64,000 nt of DNA from Polyangia bacterium (GCA_030430565.1 JAUIKS010000004.1:397992-461991), one strand, 5' to 3'; counted from the first letter of the stretch, positions 1 to 11,375 are shown. A program made the numbers and translations. Notes: generated by a model not told the origin, from the letters alone.

Positions 1-440
1 TCGCCTCGATCGACGCCATCGTCCGGGCGCTCTACGAGTGCGTCTCGTTCACCGACGGCGCCGGCCCTGACGAGGCGCGGCTCGCGAGCTTGCTCACGGC
101 TGACGCCAAGTTGATCGCGGTGCAGCCCAGCGGCGCGACCCTCGAGACCGACGCGCGCGGCTTCGTCGCGCGCGTCCGAGAGCGCATCCAGACCACCGGG
201 TTGATGAGCTTCGTCGAGCGTGAGCTGTTTCGACGGACCGAGGTCTACGCCGCGATCGCGCACGTGTTCAGCAGCTACGAGGGCCGCACCTCCCGGCGCG
301 ACGGCGAGCTCCTGGTCCGCGGGATCAACAGCATTCAGCTCCGCCACGACGGCGCGCGCTGGTGGATCCTCAGCGTCCTGTGGACCGACGAGCACGCGGG
401 GAACCCGATCCCCGCCGCCTACCTGCCGCGCAGCTTCTGA
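1..440 (+). CDS. Hypothetical protein, 5'-truncated (the ORF runs off the left edge of the window)
   Basis: The reading frame of ORF 90..440 is open back to position 3. I recognise no diagnostic motif. Confidence 0.35.
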   Translation, partial: ASIDAIVRALYECVSFTDGAGPDEARLASLLTADAKLIAVQPSGATLETDARGFVARVRERIQTTGLMSFVERELFRRTEVYAAIAHVFSSYEGRTSRRDGELLVRGINSIQLRHDGARWWILSVLWTDEHAGNPIPAAYLPRSF

Positions 441-476
441 CGCGCCGCGGGCACACGCGGGCGCGGATCAACTATC

Positions 477-1421
477 GTGGCCGCGGTGGACGAAGTCGTG
501 CATCGCGGCCGCTACGCGCCCAGCCCCACCGGCCGGCTGCACCTCGGCAACGCCCGCACCGCGCTGCTCGCCTGGCTCTACACGCGCCAGCAAGGCGGGC
601 GCTTCGTCCTGCGGATCGAGGACAACGACTTCACGCGATCGCGCCCCGAGTTCGAGCAGCGCGTCTACCGCGACCTGCGCTGGATGGGCCTCGACTGGGA
701 CGAAGGCCCCGACGTCGGCGGTCCCTACGGGCCGTATCGGCAGTCCGAGCGCGTCGAGCTCTACGCGCGGGAGAGCGCGCGGCTCGACACCTTCGCGTGC
801 GTCTGCACCCGCCGCGAGCTGCGGGCAAGCGCTCGCCGTTCACCTGGCGGCGAGGTCATATACCCGGGGACCTGTCGGCAAAGACCGGTTGAACCGGGCC
901 GGCCGGCCGCGCTGCGCTGGCGCGCGCCGCCCGGCGTCGTCCAGGTCGACGACCTCGTGCACGGGCCCGCGGCCGCCGTCGACGACATCGCGCGCGACGT
1001 CGGCGACTTCATCCTGCGGCGCCGCGACGGCGTGTGGGCCTACCAGCTCGCGGTCGTCGTCGACGACGCCGCCATGCGGATCACCGACGTCGTGCGCGGC
1101 GACGACCTGCGCTTTTGCACACCCCGGCAGGTTCACCTGCTGCGCGCGCTCGGCCACCCCGCGCCGCGCTACGCCCACGTCCCGCTGATCTTCGGCCCCG
1201 ACGGTCAGAAGCTCAGCAAGCGGCACGGCGCCCCGGATCTGAGCGCGCTGCGGGAGGGCGGCGCGACCCCCGAGCGGACCATCGCCGTGCTCGCCCGCTC
1301 CCTCGGCTTGCTGCCCGACGCGGTGCCCGCGATCCCCGCGCGCGCGCTGCTCGCCCGGCTCCCCCCGGTCTTCCGCGCGCCGCTGGTTGATCGCCCCCTC
1401 GCGCTCGCGGCCCTGCGGTAG
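477..1421 (+). CDS. gluQ: Glutamyl-Q tRNA(Asp) synthetase (truncated GluRS paralogue, about 314 aa)
   Basis: GTG start. Class I aaRS HIGH-type motif PSPTGRLHLGNARTAL and KMSKS-type motif KLSKRHG. The size and truncated-GluRS architecture are typical of GluQ-RS/YadB. Confidence 0.8.
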   Translation: MAAVDEVVHRGRYAPSPTGRLHLGNARTALLAWLYTRQQGGRFVLRIEDNDFTRSRPEFEQRVYRDLRWMGLDWDEGPDVGGPYGPYRQSERVELYARESARLDTFACVCTRRELRASARRSPGGEVIYPGTCRQRPVEPGRPAALRWRAPPGVVQVDDLVHGPAAAVDDIARDVGDFILRRRDGVWAYQLAVVVDDAAMRITDVVRGDDLRFCTPRQVHLLRALGHPAPRYAHVPLIFGPDGQKLSKRHGAPDLSALREGGATPERTIAVLARSLGLLPDAVPAIPARALLARLPPVFRAPLVDRPLALAALR

Positions 1422-1482
1422 CGCGAAGCAGGGCGTGTGGGCGCTTGTGAGCCCGGCGCGGGCTCGCTAGAACGGAGCACGA

Positions 1483-3708
1483 ATGCCAGCAGCTGCCCGT
1501 CCCGTCGCCTCGTCCTCCACTCTGCTCGCCTCGCTGTGCGTCGCCGCGCTCGCGCTCGGGTGCAAGACCGGCGCGACCGAGACGCCGGCTGACACCGCGC
1601 CGCCCGCGACCACCGACGGAGACGCCGCGCCGGCCCCCGCGTCGCGCTTCGGCTACCCCGACACGCGCCGCGGCGACACCGTCGAGGAGCTGCACGGCAC
1701 CCAGGTCGCCGATCCGTACCGCTGGCTCGAGAACATCGACTCGCCCGAGACGCGGCAGTGGGTCGAGGCCCAGAACGCGGTCACCTTCGGCTACCTCGAG
1801 ACCATCGAGGAGCGCGCGAAGATCCGCGAGCGCCTGACCGAGCTGTGGAACTTCGAGCGCTTCGGCCTGCCCTTTCGCGAGGGCGACAACTACTTCTACT
1901 CGCGCAACGACGGCCTGCAGAACCAGAGCGTCATCTACATCACGCCCTCGCTCGACGCCGAGGCCAAGGTCTTCCTCGACCCCAACACGCTCTCCGAGGA
2001 CGGCACGGTCGCGCTCGGATCGTTCAAGCCTGGCCCCAAGGGCAAGCTGGTCGCCTACGGCATCAAGCGCGCCGGCTCCGACTGGGAGGAGTTCAAGGTC
2101 CGCGACATCGCCACCGGCAAGGACCTCGAGGACCACATCAAGTGGTCCAAGTTCTCCAACATCTCGTGGACCAAGGACGGCAAGGGCTTCTTCTACGCCC
2201 GCTACGTCGCGCCCAAGGAGGGCGAGACCTACGAGGGCGCCAACTTCAACCACATGCTCTACTACCACGCGCTCGGCACCAAGCAGGCCGACGACGTCAA
2301 GGTCTACGAGCGGCCCGACCACCCGCGCTGGGGCTTCGGCACCTCGGTCACCGAGGACGGCCGCTACCTGATCGCGCGGATCCGCGACGGCACCTCCACG
2401 CACAACGGCGTGTTCGTCAAGGACCTCAAGCAGGGGCCGACCAAGGGCGAGTTCGTCGAGCTGCTCGGCAAGTTCGACGCCGAGTACGGCTTCATCGGCA
2501 ACAAGGGCGGAAAATTCTACTTCCGCACCACGCTCGACGCCCCGCGCGGCCGCGTCGTCGAGATCGACATCAAGAAGCCCGACCCGGCGAAGTGGAAGAC
2601 CATCATCCCCGAGGCCGAGGAGACGATGCGCGGGACCAGCTACGTCGGCGGCAAGCTGTTCGCCAGCTACCTCAAGGACGTCAAGAGCCAGGTCAAGGTC
2701 TTCAGCCTCAAGGGCAAGTTTGAGCGCGAGGTCGAGTTCCCCGGCATCGGCACCGCCTCCGGCTTCGGCGGCAAGCAGAAGGCCCAAGAGACCTTCTACG
2801 GCTTCTCTGGCTTCACGCGCCCCGGGACCGTCTACCGCTACGACATCAAGACCGGGGAGAGCACGGTCTTCAAGGCGCCCACGCTCAAGTTCAACCCCGA
2901 CGACTACGAGACCCGTCAGGTGTTCTACAAGAGCAAGGACGGCACCTCTGTCCCGATGTTCATCTCGGCCAAGAAGGGCGTCAAGCTCGACGGTCAAAAC
3001 CCCACCTACCTCTACGGCTACGGCGGCTTCGACATCCCGATCACCCCCGGCTTCTCGGTCCCCAACCTCGCGTGGATGGAGATGGGCGGCGTGTTCGCCG
3101 TCGCCAACCTGCGCGGCGGCGGCGAGTACGGCGCCAAGTGGCACGAGGGCGGCATGAAGCTGAACAAGCAGAACGTCTTCGACGACTTCATCGCCGCCGC
3201 CGAGTACCTGATCGCCGAGAACTACACGCGCCCCGAGAAGCTCGCGATCGGCGGGCGCAGCAACGGCGGCCTGCTCGTCGGCGCGACCATGACCCAGCGC
3301 CCCGACCTGTTCGCCGCGGCGCTGCCCGGCGTCGGCGTCATGGACATGCTGCGCTTCCACAAGTTCACCATCGGCCACGCCTGGACCTCGGACTACGGCT
3401 CGCCCGACAACCCCGAGGAGTTCCAGGCGCTGCTCGCTTACTCGCCGCTGCACAACCTCGAGCGCGGCACCGAGTACCCCGCGACCATGGTCTACACCGC
3501 CGATCACGACGATCGCGTGGTCCCGGGGCACAGCTACAAGTTCGCGGCCGAGCTGCAGCACGACCACGTGGGCGACCGCCCGGTGATGATCCGCATCGAC
3601 ACCAAAGCCGGGCACGGCGCCGGTAAGCCGACCAGCAAGAAGATCGAGGAGTGGGCCGACCTCTGGGGCTTCCTCGTCGAGAACCTCGGGATGCAGCTGC
3701 CCGGCTAG
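1483..3708 (+). CDS. Prolyl oligopeptidase (S9A serine peptidase), lipoprotein
   Basis: N-terminal signal peptide with lipobox LALGC. C-terminal alpha/beta-hydrolase domain with nucleophile motif [10 protein letters not shown], Asp and His. A roughly 400-aa beta-propeller lies in the N-terminal half. Confidence 0.85.
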   Translation: MPAAARPVASSSTLLASLCVAALALGCKTGATETPADTAPPATTDGDAAPAPASRFGYPDTRRGDTVEELHGTQVADPYRWLENIDSPETRQWVEAQNAVTFGYLETIEERAKIRERLTELWNFERFGLPFREGDNYFYSRNDGLQNQSVIYITPSLDAEAKVFLDPNTLSEDGTVALGSFKPGPKGKLVAYGIKRAGSDWEEFKVRDIATGKDLEDHIKWSKFSNISWTKDGKGFFYARYVAPKEGETYEGANFNHMLYYHALGTKQADDVKVYERPDHPRWGFGTSVTEDGRYLIARIRDGTSTHNGVFVKDLKQGPTKGEFVELLGKFDAEYGFIGNKGGKFYFRTTLDAPRGRVVEIDIKKPDPAKWKTIIPEAEETMRGTSYVGGKLFASYLKDVKSQVKVFSLKGKFEREVEFPGIGTASGFGGKQKAQETFYGFSGFTRPGTVYRYDIKTGESTVFKAPTLKFNPDDYETRQVFYKSKDGTSVPMFISAKKGVKLDGQNPTYLYGYGGFDIPITPGFSVPNLAWMEMGGVFAVANLRGGGEYGAKWHEGGMKLNKQNVFDDFIAAAEYLIAENYTRPEKLAIGGRSNGGLLVGATMTQRPDLFAAALPGVGVMDMLRFHKFTIGHAWTSDYGSPDNPEEFQALLAYSPLHNLERGTEYPATMVYTADHDDRVVPGHSYKFAAELQHDHVGDRPVMIRIDTKAGHGAGKPTSKKIEEWADLWGFLVENLGMQLPG

Positions 3709-6700
3709 TCGGGCTCGTCGGTCGACGCGTCGGCGGGGGCGGGGATGTCCTTCGGAACAAATCCGTTCGCCGCCAGCGCCTGCAGCTCCCCGCGCTCGCG
3801 CGCGTAGCCCGGGAGCTCGGCGAGCGCCGCGATGGCGGCGCGCGCCGCCTCCTCGGCCTCGGCTCGGCGCCCGAGGCCCGCGAGCGCGCGCGCGATGTCG
3901 AAGTCGACGAGCGCGAGCAGGGGGTCTCCCGCGTCGCGCACGGCGGCGTAGCGCGCCTTGACGTCCTGAAGCCGCGCGAGCGCCCGCTCGGGGGAACCTT
4001 CGGCCAGCTCGAGCTGCGCGAGGGATCGCAGCGCTCGGACCACGTGCGGGTTGTTGGGGGGGAGCGCCGCGCTGAGCAGCTCGTGGGCGCGCGTGAGCTC
4101 CTCGCGCGCGCTCGGGAGGTCGCGCTGGCGGAGCGCGAGGCGGCCGAGCCGCTCGTGAACCTCCGCGACGCTGGGAGCGTCCTTTGGGGACAGCTCGGCG
4201 CGAATCGTGAGGCTCGCGCGGTAGTGCGCTGCGGCGGCGTCGAGCTGGCCGAGCTCGAGCTCAAAGTCGCCGAGCCGCAGCCGCGAGAAGCTCACCTCCG
4301 CCGCGTCCTCGCCGGCCTGCTTCACGCGAAGCGAGAGCGCGCGCGTGTGCTCGGCGCGCGCGCGCTCGAGCTCACCGGAGCCCGCGAGGGCGTCGGCGAG
4401 CCCGTGCCGCGAGTTGGCGCTCTCCATGCCCTCGGACGCGCCGAGGCGCTCGAGCAGCGCGAGGGAGCGGGTGAAGTGCTGGCGCGCCGCAGGGTACTCG
4501 CGCTCCGCGAGCGCCAGGGCGCCCATGGTCTGGAGGATGTGGTCCATGAGGGGCGCCTCTGGCCCCAGCGCGGCGGCGATGACGTCGCGCGCGCGCGTGA
4601 TCGTGTCTCGGGCCGCCTCGAACTCGCCCCTGTTCAAGTGGGTAAAGCTGAGGTTATTGAGCACGATCGCGTAGTAGGGGTGCGTCTCGCCGAACGCGCT
4701 CGCGAAGATCGTGAGCGCGCGCTCGTAGTTCTCGACCGCGGCCCCTAGGCGCAGCGCCTCTTGCTCGAGCGTGCCGAGGTTGGCGGTCGTGAAGCCGACC
4801 TCGGGGTGGTTGGGGCCGAGCGCGCGTCGCTTCGTCTCGATGCTGCGTCGGTAGTGCTCGCGCGCGCGCGCGAGGTCGCCGCTGGCCTGATACGCGTCTC
4901 CGAGGTTGTTGAGGAGCGTCCCTTGGGTTGCGTCGCCGCGCTGACCGAGCCGCTCGGCGAAGGCCGACGCGAGCGGCGCGAGCGCGAGCGCCTCCTCGGG
5001 GCTCTTGGTGCGCGTGAGGGTGAAGACGCGCCGCGCGATGGCCTCGGCCGCGACCTCATCGTGCTCGTGCGCGAGCGCGACGAGCAGCGCGCGCTCGAGC
5101 GACTGATCGGCCGCGTCAAAGACGAACATGTCCGTCCGCGTCGCCCCGTCGAGCAGCTTCGCGTCGGCGAGCAGCGGAGGGTACCGGCGGGACTCCTCGC
5201 TCGCGCTGACCCGCTCAACGATGGCGAGCGCGTCCTCGAAGGCCCCGAGCGAGCTGCGTGAGCGCGCCCGCGCGAGCTCGATCCGGGCCTCGTCGACCGC
5301 GTTGGCGAGCGCCGCGTCCTCGGGCGGCGGGACCGCGGCGGTCAGCGCCTGCGTGTCCGCGCACCGCGAGATCGACGGCAGCGACGCGACCGCGGTGGGG
5401 ACGTTCATCACCGCGTCCGGCGTGAGCTCCCCAAGCCCCTTGACCAGCGCGTCGAGCCCCTCGCGGCGCTGGTCCAGGCAGGCGGAGCGGAGGTCGAAGA
5501 GCGCGTCCGACTGGCGCTCGGCGAGGTGGGTCGCGCAGGCCTCGTCGCGCCCGTCGACCCAGGACGCCGCGTAGCTGTCCAGCCGCGGGCCGATCTTCTC
5601 CCAGGTGCTCTCCGCGAAGGGCACCTCGGTGGCGAGCAGCGCGGCGCGGACCCGATCACGGCCTTCGTCGTCCCACACGCCCGCGAGCTCGAGCTGAGCG
5701 TCGGGACAGGTCTCGATCGTCTCGGCGCTGACGCGCGCGATCCCGAAGCTGCTCGCGGCGGCGAGCCCGGCGATCCCCGCGACCGAGAGCCAGCGCCGGC
5801 GCGCGCGCGCCGGGTCGCGGTCGAGCGCGTCGACCAAGGCGGCCATCGAGGGGTGTCGATCCTCGGGCTTGACCGCGAGCCCGCGGACGACGACGCGGTG
5901 CAGCCAGGCCGGCACGTGGGCGCTCGACGGCGGATCGACCCGCGCGCCCTCGGTCACGCTCTTGACCAGCTCGAGCAGCGAGTCGCAGTTGTAGGGGTGG
6001 CGCTCGTAGAGCGCCTCGTAGAGCGAGACGCAGAAGCTGAACTGGTCGGAGGCCGGCCCGGCGGGCTTGCCCTCATGTTGCTCGGGGGACATGTACGCCG
6101 GCGTGCCCATGATCGCGCCGGTCCGCGTCAGCGTCGCGTCCAGGATCGAGCGCGGCGTGGTCGCGTCGCCGTCGGCCGCGGCGCCCTCGGTCAGCGCGCC
6201 CGCGGCCTCTTCGCCTGTCCCTCGCGCCAGGCCAAAGTCCAGGACCTTGACGACGCCGTCATCGCCGACGAGCGCGTTGTGAGGTTTGAAGTCGCGGTGG
6301 ACGAGCTGCGCGTCGTGGGCCGCCTGCAGCCCGCGGCCCGCCTGTCGATAGACCTCGAGGATCTCGCGCCAGCTCCTGTCCGCGGCCTCGTGCCAGCCCT
6401 GCAGGGTCTGCCCGCGGACGAATTCCATGGCGACGAACACCTGGTCATCCGCCAGCTCGCCGACCTCGTGGACCGTGACGATGTTCGGGTGCGAGAGCCG
6501 CGCCATGGCCTGGGCCTCGCGCAGCAGCCGGGCGTGGCCGGTCGAGGTCTCGCGGCTCCGGCTGCGCAGGACCTTGATGGCGACCTTGCGATCGAGCTGG
6601 TCGTCGTAGGCCGCGTAGACGACCCCCATGCCGCCCTCGCCGAGTCGCCCGATGACGGTGAACCGCCCGATCTTGACCGGCGCCGCCTTGTTCTTGAACA

Positions 6701-7289
6701 GCTGCGCGCGGATCAGGCTCTTGATCCGCGGGTCCTCCGTCCCGGCGGCGGCGGCGAAGCCCGGGTGGGCGGAGTTCGACGCGATCGTGTCGCTGACGGC
6801 GAGGCCGTGGTGAGAGGCCGAGGCCTGGGTGTCGCGCAGCCCCAGCTCGTGGTCCGGGCTCGTCGCCTGGGTGTCGCGCAGCCCCACGTTAAAGTCCGCG
6901 CTGGCGTCGACGTCGGAGTGACGCGTGTCGCTGAGCGCGAATTCCCGCGACTGTGGATCAAGCGGGCGGGGGCGTCGCGCGGACGAGGGCGCGCTCACGC
7001 GGCGAGCGCCCTCCGGCGGCGGCGTGAAGGTCCGGGCGAGCGCGAGCTGCTCGTCGGGCGAGCGCGTGCGGGCGAGGCCGGCGCGCTCGGGGACCTCGTC
7101 CTCCGCCAGCTCCGCGATCGCGCGACGGAGCAGCGAGGCCGAGGCCGAGGGGTCCTCCGGCTCACGCAGGAGCGTGCGCGCGTCGGCGATCGACTCAGCG
7201 TCGCTCGCCGGGTTGTTGGGGTTCACGGGATCCACGGCGTCTCGCGTGTGGCCGTCGTGATCATGCTGGATCGTCTGCGCGGGTTCCAT
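3705..7289 (-). CDS. Ser/Thr protein kinase fused to a long C-terminal TPR-repeat domain
   Basis: Hanks-type kinase motifs (VAIKVL, HRDFKPHNALV, DFGLA, APE-like) in the N-terminal third. Many TPR-like repeats (ALxNLGxxY..G..xxA) in the remaining ~700 aa. Confidence 0.85.
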   Translation of the reverse strand: MEPAQTIQHDHDGHTRDAVDPVNPNNPASDAESIADARTLLREPEDPSASASLLRRAIAELAEDEVPERAGLARTRSPDEQLALARTFTPPPEGARRVSAPSSARRPRPLDPQSREFALSDTRHSDVDASADFNVGLRDTQATSPDHELGLRDTQASASHHGLAVSDTIASNSAHPGFAAAAGTEDPRIKSLIRAQLFKNKAAPVKIGRFTVIGRLGEGGMGVVYAAYDDQLDRKVAIKVLRSRSRETSTGHARLLREAQAMARLSHPNIVTVHEVGELADDQVFVAMEFVRGQTLQGWHEAADRSWREILEVYRQAGRGLQAAHDAQLVHRDFKPHNALVGDDGVVKVLDFGLARGTGEEAAGALTEGAAADGDATTPRSILDATLTRTGAIMGTPAYMSPEQHEGKPAGPASDQFSFCVSLYEALYERHPYNCDSLLELVKSVTEGARVDPPSSAHVPAWLHRVVVRGLAVKPEDRHPSMAALVDALDRDPARARRRWLSVAGIAGLAAASSFGIARVSAETIETCPDAQLELAGVWDDEGRDRVRAALLATEVPFAESTWEKIGPRLDSYAASWVDGRDEACATHLAERQSDALFDLRSACLDQRREGLDALVKGLGELTPDAVMNVPTAVASLPSISRCADTQALTAAVPPPEDAALANAVDEARIELARARSRSSLGAFEDALAIVERVSASEESRRYPPLLADAKLLDGATRTDMFVFDAADQSLERALLVALAHEHDEVAAEAIARRVFTLTRTKSPEEALALAPLASAFAERLGQRGDATQGTLLNNLGDAYQASGDLARAREHYRRSIETKRRALGPNHPEVGFTTANLGTLEQEALRLGAAVENYERALTIFASAFGETHPYYAIVLNNLSFTHLNRGEFEAARDTITRARDVIAAALGPEAPLMDHILQTMGALALAEREYPAARQHFTRSLALLERLGASEGMESANSRHGLADALAGSGELERARAEHTRALSLRVKQAGEDAAEVSFSRLRLGDFELELGQLDAAAAHYRASLTIRAELSPKDAPSVAEVHERLGRLALRQRDLPSAREELTRAHELLSAALPPNNPHVVRALRSLAQLELAEGSPERALARLQDVKARYAAVRDAGDPLLALVDFDIARALAGLGRRAEAEEAARAAIAALAELPGYARERGELQALAANGFVPKDIPAPADASTDEPD

Positions 7290-7998
7290 GCGTCATCCAT
7301 CGCGTCGCGCTGGGCGGCGGTACTCGAGCAGTGACGCGACGGCGTCGAGCAATTGCCCACGGCGCGCGCACGTCTCGCGCCCGCGAACGCGCGCCGAGCG
7401 GCGTACGAACGCAATTTTTCTCGCGTTGACGCAATTGAAACGTGATCCGGCGTCACTGCCGGGTAGGCGGCCCCGCGGTATGCGAGCGGCGGCCGAAGCC
7501 GTGGAACGACGCGCGGTCGCGCGGTCGCGCGCGACCGCGTTCGAAGCGAGGATCGTCAGGGAGGAGCGACAGGGAGCCGCCGTAGCGCGGACGAGGCGGC
7601 CAGCCGGTCGCGGGCGCGCGCCAGCGCGCGCGCATGATTGAGTAGACATGTCCCAAGAGTCCGCAGGTCGTCGGCGCGCGCGTCGGTCGCGGCGCGCGCT
7701 CGCGCCTCCGCGCGCGCTCCCGCCCGTCTCCGGGCGCTCGTGAACGCGGACCGTCGACCGAAACAAGACAGACCACGCGCCCGGCGAATCGATCACGGTT
7801 TTTTTCGAAAAATCGATCTTTTTTTCGTCGCGCCGCAATTGTTGACCCCCCTCGGATCACTGCCCAAGTGGAGACGCGATGGCGCCAGTGAGACGGCGCC
7901 AGACCCCGACTCCACGGCCCGAGCCCCCCGGCTTGCGCAGGCCGGGAGGACGGCGGGTAGGGACAACGAGACGCGGTTACGCGGCGGAGGGTAGAGAG

Positions 7999-8961
7999 AT
8001 GCACAAGTTCTTCAACAAGTCGATGGTCCTGGCGATGGGTCTTGCGCTGTGCGCGTGCGATGCTGACCCCGAGGACATCCAAGACGAGTCCATCGTAGAC
8101 ATCGACGAGCGCGCGCAGGGCGTCGGGACGATCCGGTTCAACACCGACAAGATCGGCGACAAGGCCTTCGCCGCGCTGCACGGGCAGTACAAGGAGTACA
8201 ACAAGAACCAGCTGCTCTCGGTGACGCTCTTCATCAAGAACGAGACCGAGGTCAAGTGCAAGGAGGTCTGGGCGGAGAAGGGCGAGCTGCACTGCCGCGA
8301 CACCGAGGGCTTCACCTGGGACAACTGGACCTTCGAGGGCTCGATCTGGAAGCTCGATCTCAACGGCGAGGACGAGTCGCTGATCGTCGGCGACATGGCG
8401 CATCAGGGCGACACCTGGCTGTACCGCTTCAACGACCTCGCCAGCGGCCCCGACAAGGTGCCGACCTGTGACGAGGACCTCGACAACCCCGGGACGTTCT
8501 GGTCGGTCGTGCTCAACGATGTCGACGTGACCGAGGACGGCAAGGTGTTCGACGAGGCCGGCCTCGTGTACCTCGCGTGCACGTCCGGCAGCCTCGGCAA
8601 GACCGTCGAGCAGATGGGCATCAACCCCTGGGAGCAGGGCAACGCGCAGTACAACGCCGGCGTCTACATGACGATGCTCGCCCCCTGCGGCGACCGGAAC
8701 TCGCTGACCTCGCCCGGGACCCCGCTGCGCGTGTGGGACAAGTTCGGAATCAACAACTTCGGCGTTGGCGCGCCCCACGAGAGCGAGGGCGTGTGGGGTC
8801 CGGAGGGCATGGTCTGCAGCGGCAAGAAGCTGCGCACCGGCTGGCTCAGCGAGGAGATCAAGTGCGGCAACGTCACGATCCCCGTGTGCGAAGAGGCCGA
8901 GCTCAAGGACATCGTGTTGACGGATCCCGAGATCAACATCTGGTCGAAGCCCAAGGCCTAA
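7999..8961 (+). CDS. Cys-containing secreted lipoprotein of unknown family (paralogue of 24735..25769)
   Basis: ATG at 7999 with lipobox LALCAC. Lower GC (about 60%) and AT-ending codons unlike neighbouring genes. The C-terminal region aligns by eye with the 24735 protein (VWGPEGMVCSGKKLRTGW versus VWGLNGAICLNNPRKLAY). Confidence 0.6.
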   Translation: MHKFFNKSMVLAMGLALCACDADPEDIQDESIVDIDERAQGVGTIRFNTDKIGDKAFAALHGQYKEYNKNQLLSVTLFIKNETEVKCKEVWAEKGELHCRDTEGFTWDNWTFEGSIWKLDLNGEDESLIVGDMAHQGDTWLYRFNDLASGPDKVPTCDEDLDNPGTFWSVVLNDVDVTEDGKVFDEAGLVYLACTSGSLGKTVEQMGINPWEQGNAQYNAGVYMTMLAPCGDRNSLTSPGTPLRVWDKFGINNFGVGAPHESEGVWGPEGMVCSGKKLRTGWLSEEIKCGNVTIPVCEEAELKDIVLTDPEINIWSKPKA

Positions 8962-9056
8962 CCCGGGGCTGAGCGACACCGCGCGCGCGTTCAGGCGTCC
9001 ATCGCCCGAGCGCGCGCGTCGTCGAGTCGTCGTACGCTAGACACGCGGCGGCGGCG

Positions 9057-9710
9057 TCACGCGTGCGTCCCCGCGACGCCCGCCCCGACGCCCTTGCCGG
9101 TCGCGCGGGCCTGCTCGAAGGCCGCGCGGATCAGCGGCGCGTAGCGGACCACGTCGTGGGCGATCCGCTGCACGCGATCGATGATCTTCGGGTTGATGAG
9201 CCGCCCGTCCGCGAAGTCGGTTTTACGCGCCGCCGCGTGGAACGGCAGCGTGAAGCCGTGGCACCACATGAACGAGTTCTTGACGGAGGTGATCGACATG
9301 TCGCCGCCGCCGCCGCCGGTGCAGGCGATCACGCCGGCGAACTTGCCCGCGAGCTCGCCGTACAGGAAGTCGAACCAGTTCTTCAGGCAGCCGCTCATGT
9401 TGCCGTGGTACTCGGGCGTGGCGAGGATGAAGCCGTCGGCCCAGCGGGCCGTCTCGAGCACCCGCCGCACGGCCGGCAGCTCGCGCTGCGAGCGGTCGTT
9501 GTAGTGCATCACGGGGAGCTCGAGCTCGTGGAGCGCGAGGGTCTGCAGCTCCGCGCCGGCGTCGCGGGCGGCCTCGGCCGCGATCCGCACGAGGTCGTGG
9601 AGGTGGCTCTCGAGGTGTCGAGAGCCGCTGACCAAGAGCACCCGCGGGGCGCGGGAGGACGCGTCCTCGGTCCGCGTCGACGGTGGTGTCATATCGCTGC
9701 CTGTCGCCAT
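9057..9710 (-). CDS. NAD(P)H-dependent FMN reductase family oxidoreductase
   Basis: Flavodoxin-like fold motifs: VLLVSGSRH, ATPEYHGNMSGCLKNWFD. The internal Met at 9710 is preferred over the 9917 ORF start, which overlaps the divergent neighbour. Confidence 0.7.
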   Translation of the reverse strand: MATGSDMTPPSTRTEDASSRAPRVLLVSGSRHLESHLHDLVRIAAEAARDAGAELQTLALHELELPVMHYNDRSQRELPAVRRVLETARWADGFILATPEYHGNMSGCLKNWFDFLYGELAGKFAGVIACTGGGGGDMSITSVKNSFMWCHGFTLPFHAAARKTDFADGRLINPKIIDRVQRIAHDVVRYAPLIRAAFEQARATGKGVGAGVAGTHA

Positions 9711-9894
9711 GTCGCTCGTCAAATCGCGCGCCGGGAGCGGCTCGCCGCGCGCAGCATACAGCGGTTTTCCACAGGGCGCGGACTCGCTCCCGGCGCGCCC
9801 AGAATTGCATAGGACTTGCACTCCGGCGCGCTGGGCAGGCGCGGGCGCTGCGGCTACACTGCGCGCTCGAGGGCCTAACGCGCCCGACGCGAGC

Positions 9895-11346
9895 ATGTCT
9901 GAGGTCGTCACTCCCACCGCTTCATCCTCGACGGAGGTCGCCGCCGCGGCCGTCGCTCCCGGTGACTCGGCGTCCGGTCGGGGCGCGGAGACGCGCGCCG
10001 GCGCCCGTCAGTCACCTGTCCCTGTGACCACGCTCAGCGGCTGGGGCAACGTGCCGGCCCCCGGGCGCGAGCGCCTGAGCGAGCGGCTCGAGCGCGCGAG
10101 CGCGGGCGCGGTCTTGTCGCGCGGGCTCGGGCGCTCCTACGGCGACTCGTCGCTGCCGCCCTCGACCGACCCGGTCGTGCTCGGGACCCGCCTGGCCGAT
10201 CGCGTGCTCGACTTCGACCCCGAGACCGGCGTGATCCGTGCCGAGGCGGGCCTCTCGCTGCTCGCGCTCAACCGGATGCTGATCCCGCGGCGGTGGTTCA
10301 CGCCCGTCACCCCGGGCACGCAGTTCGTGACCCTCGGGGGCATGGTCGCGGCCGACGTGCACGGCAAGGGCCATCACCGCGCGGGCTGCTTCGCCAGCAA
10401 CCACGTCCGCGCGCTCAAGCTCCGCGTCGCCGACGGCCGCGTGCTCGAGGTCTCGCACGAGCAGCACCCCGAGCTGCTGCGCGCGACCTTCGGCGGCATG
10501 GGCCTGACCGGGCACATCCTCGAGGTCGAATTCACGATGCGGCGGATCCCCTCGCCGTGGATCTGGTCCGAGAGCCGCCGGATCGACGACCTCGAGGAGT
10601 TCATCGCCACGATCAAGGAGACCAGCGGCGACTGGCCCTACCAGGTCGGCATCGTCGACGGCATCGCGCGCGGCAAGCAGCTCGGGCGCGGGATCCTCGA
10701 CTACGGCCGCTGGGCGACCGCCTCCGAGGCCCGCGGGCGGCCAGTGCGGTTTAAACGGCGCGTCACGGTGCCCTTCGCGATGCCCGCGGCGCTGCGCCAG
10801 CGCTGGTCCGTCGGGCTGTTTTACAGCCTGCTGATCGGCAAGCACGTCCCGCGGCACAAGCAGCACGGGCTGCGCCACTTCGAGAGCTTCTTCTACCCGC
10901 TCGACACCTTTCGTCGGTGGAACCGGCTCTACGGCCCTCGCGGCTTCACGCAGTACCAGTGCGTGCTGCCGAACTCCGCCGGCGTCGAGGCGGTGCGGCG
11001 CTTCCTCGAGCTGATGGCGCGCGAGGGCGGCGTCCCGTACCTCGCGATCATGAAGGACTGCGGGCCCGAGGGGCAGGGCATGCTCTCGTTCCCGATGGCC
11101 GGGACCTCGCTCGCGCTCGACTTCCCGATCGACGACGACACGCAGCGCCTCGTCGATCGGCTCAACGAATTCGTCATCGAGGCGGGCGGCCGGATCTATC
11201 TGGCCAAAGACAACTTCACCCGCCCGGAGCACTTCGCGGCCATGGAGCCGCGGCTCGCCGCCTGGAGGGCGGTGCGTGAGCGGTGGGACCCCGAGGGCGC
11301 GCTGCGCTCGGCGCAGTCCGTCCGCGTGCTCGGGGATCAGCCGTAG
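9895..11346 (+). CDS. dprE1: Decaprenylphosphoryl-beta-D-ribose 2'-oxidase-like FAD oxidase (DprE1 orthologue)
   Basis: Block-by-block similarity to mycobacterial DprE1: GWGN, GLGRSYGD, VTLGGMVAADVHGKGHH, GGMGLTGHILEVEF, FFYPLDTFRRWNRLYGPRGFTQYQCVLP, IYLAKDNFTRPEHFAAMEP. Start moved to ATG 9895 (MSEVV). Confidence 0.8.
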   Translation: MSEVVTPTASSSTEVAAAAVAPGDSASGRGAETRAGARQSPVPVTTLSGWGNVPAPGRERLSERLERASAGAVLSRGLGRSYGDSSLPPSTDPVVLGTRLADRVLDFDPETGVIRAEAGLSLLALNRMLIPRRWFTPVTPGTQFVTLGGMVAADVHGKGHHRAGCFASNHVRALKLRVADGRVLEVSHEQHPELLRATFGGMGLTGHILEVEFTMRRIPSPWIWSESRRIDDLEEFIATIKETSGDWPYQVGIVDGIARGKQLGRGILDYGRWATASEARGRPVRFKRRVTVPFAMPAALRQRWSVGLFYSLLIGKHVPRHKQHGLRHFESFFYPLDTFRRWNRLYGPRGFTQYQCVLPNSAGVEAVRRFLELMAREGGVPYLAIMKDCGPEGQGMLSFPMAGTSLALDFPIDDDTQRLVDRLNEFVIEAGGRIYLAKDNFTRPEHFAAMEPRLAAWRAVRERWDPEGALRSAQSVRVLGDQP

Positions 11347-11375
11347 GAGCGCGTCAGCGAACGCGAGGGAACGCC

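Noticed and set aside
220-1188. ORFs 220..1188, 362..892 and 1034..1390 overlapping gluQ in other frames
   Set aside because: Arg/Ala/Pro-rich nonsense. The gluQ frame carries the aaRS motifs.
7290-7998. A 700-bp intergenic region between the TPR kinase and the lipoprotein gene, containing the AT-rich palindrome GGTTTTTTTCGAAAAATCGATC followed by a T-run
   Set aside because: No convincing ORF or RNA fold. The palindrome has an AT stem, so it is not a canonical terminator. Noted only as a possible promoter or regulator site.
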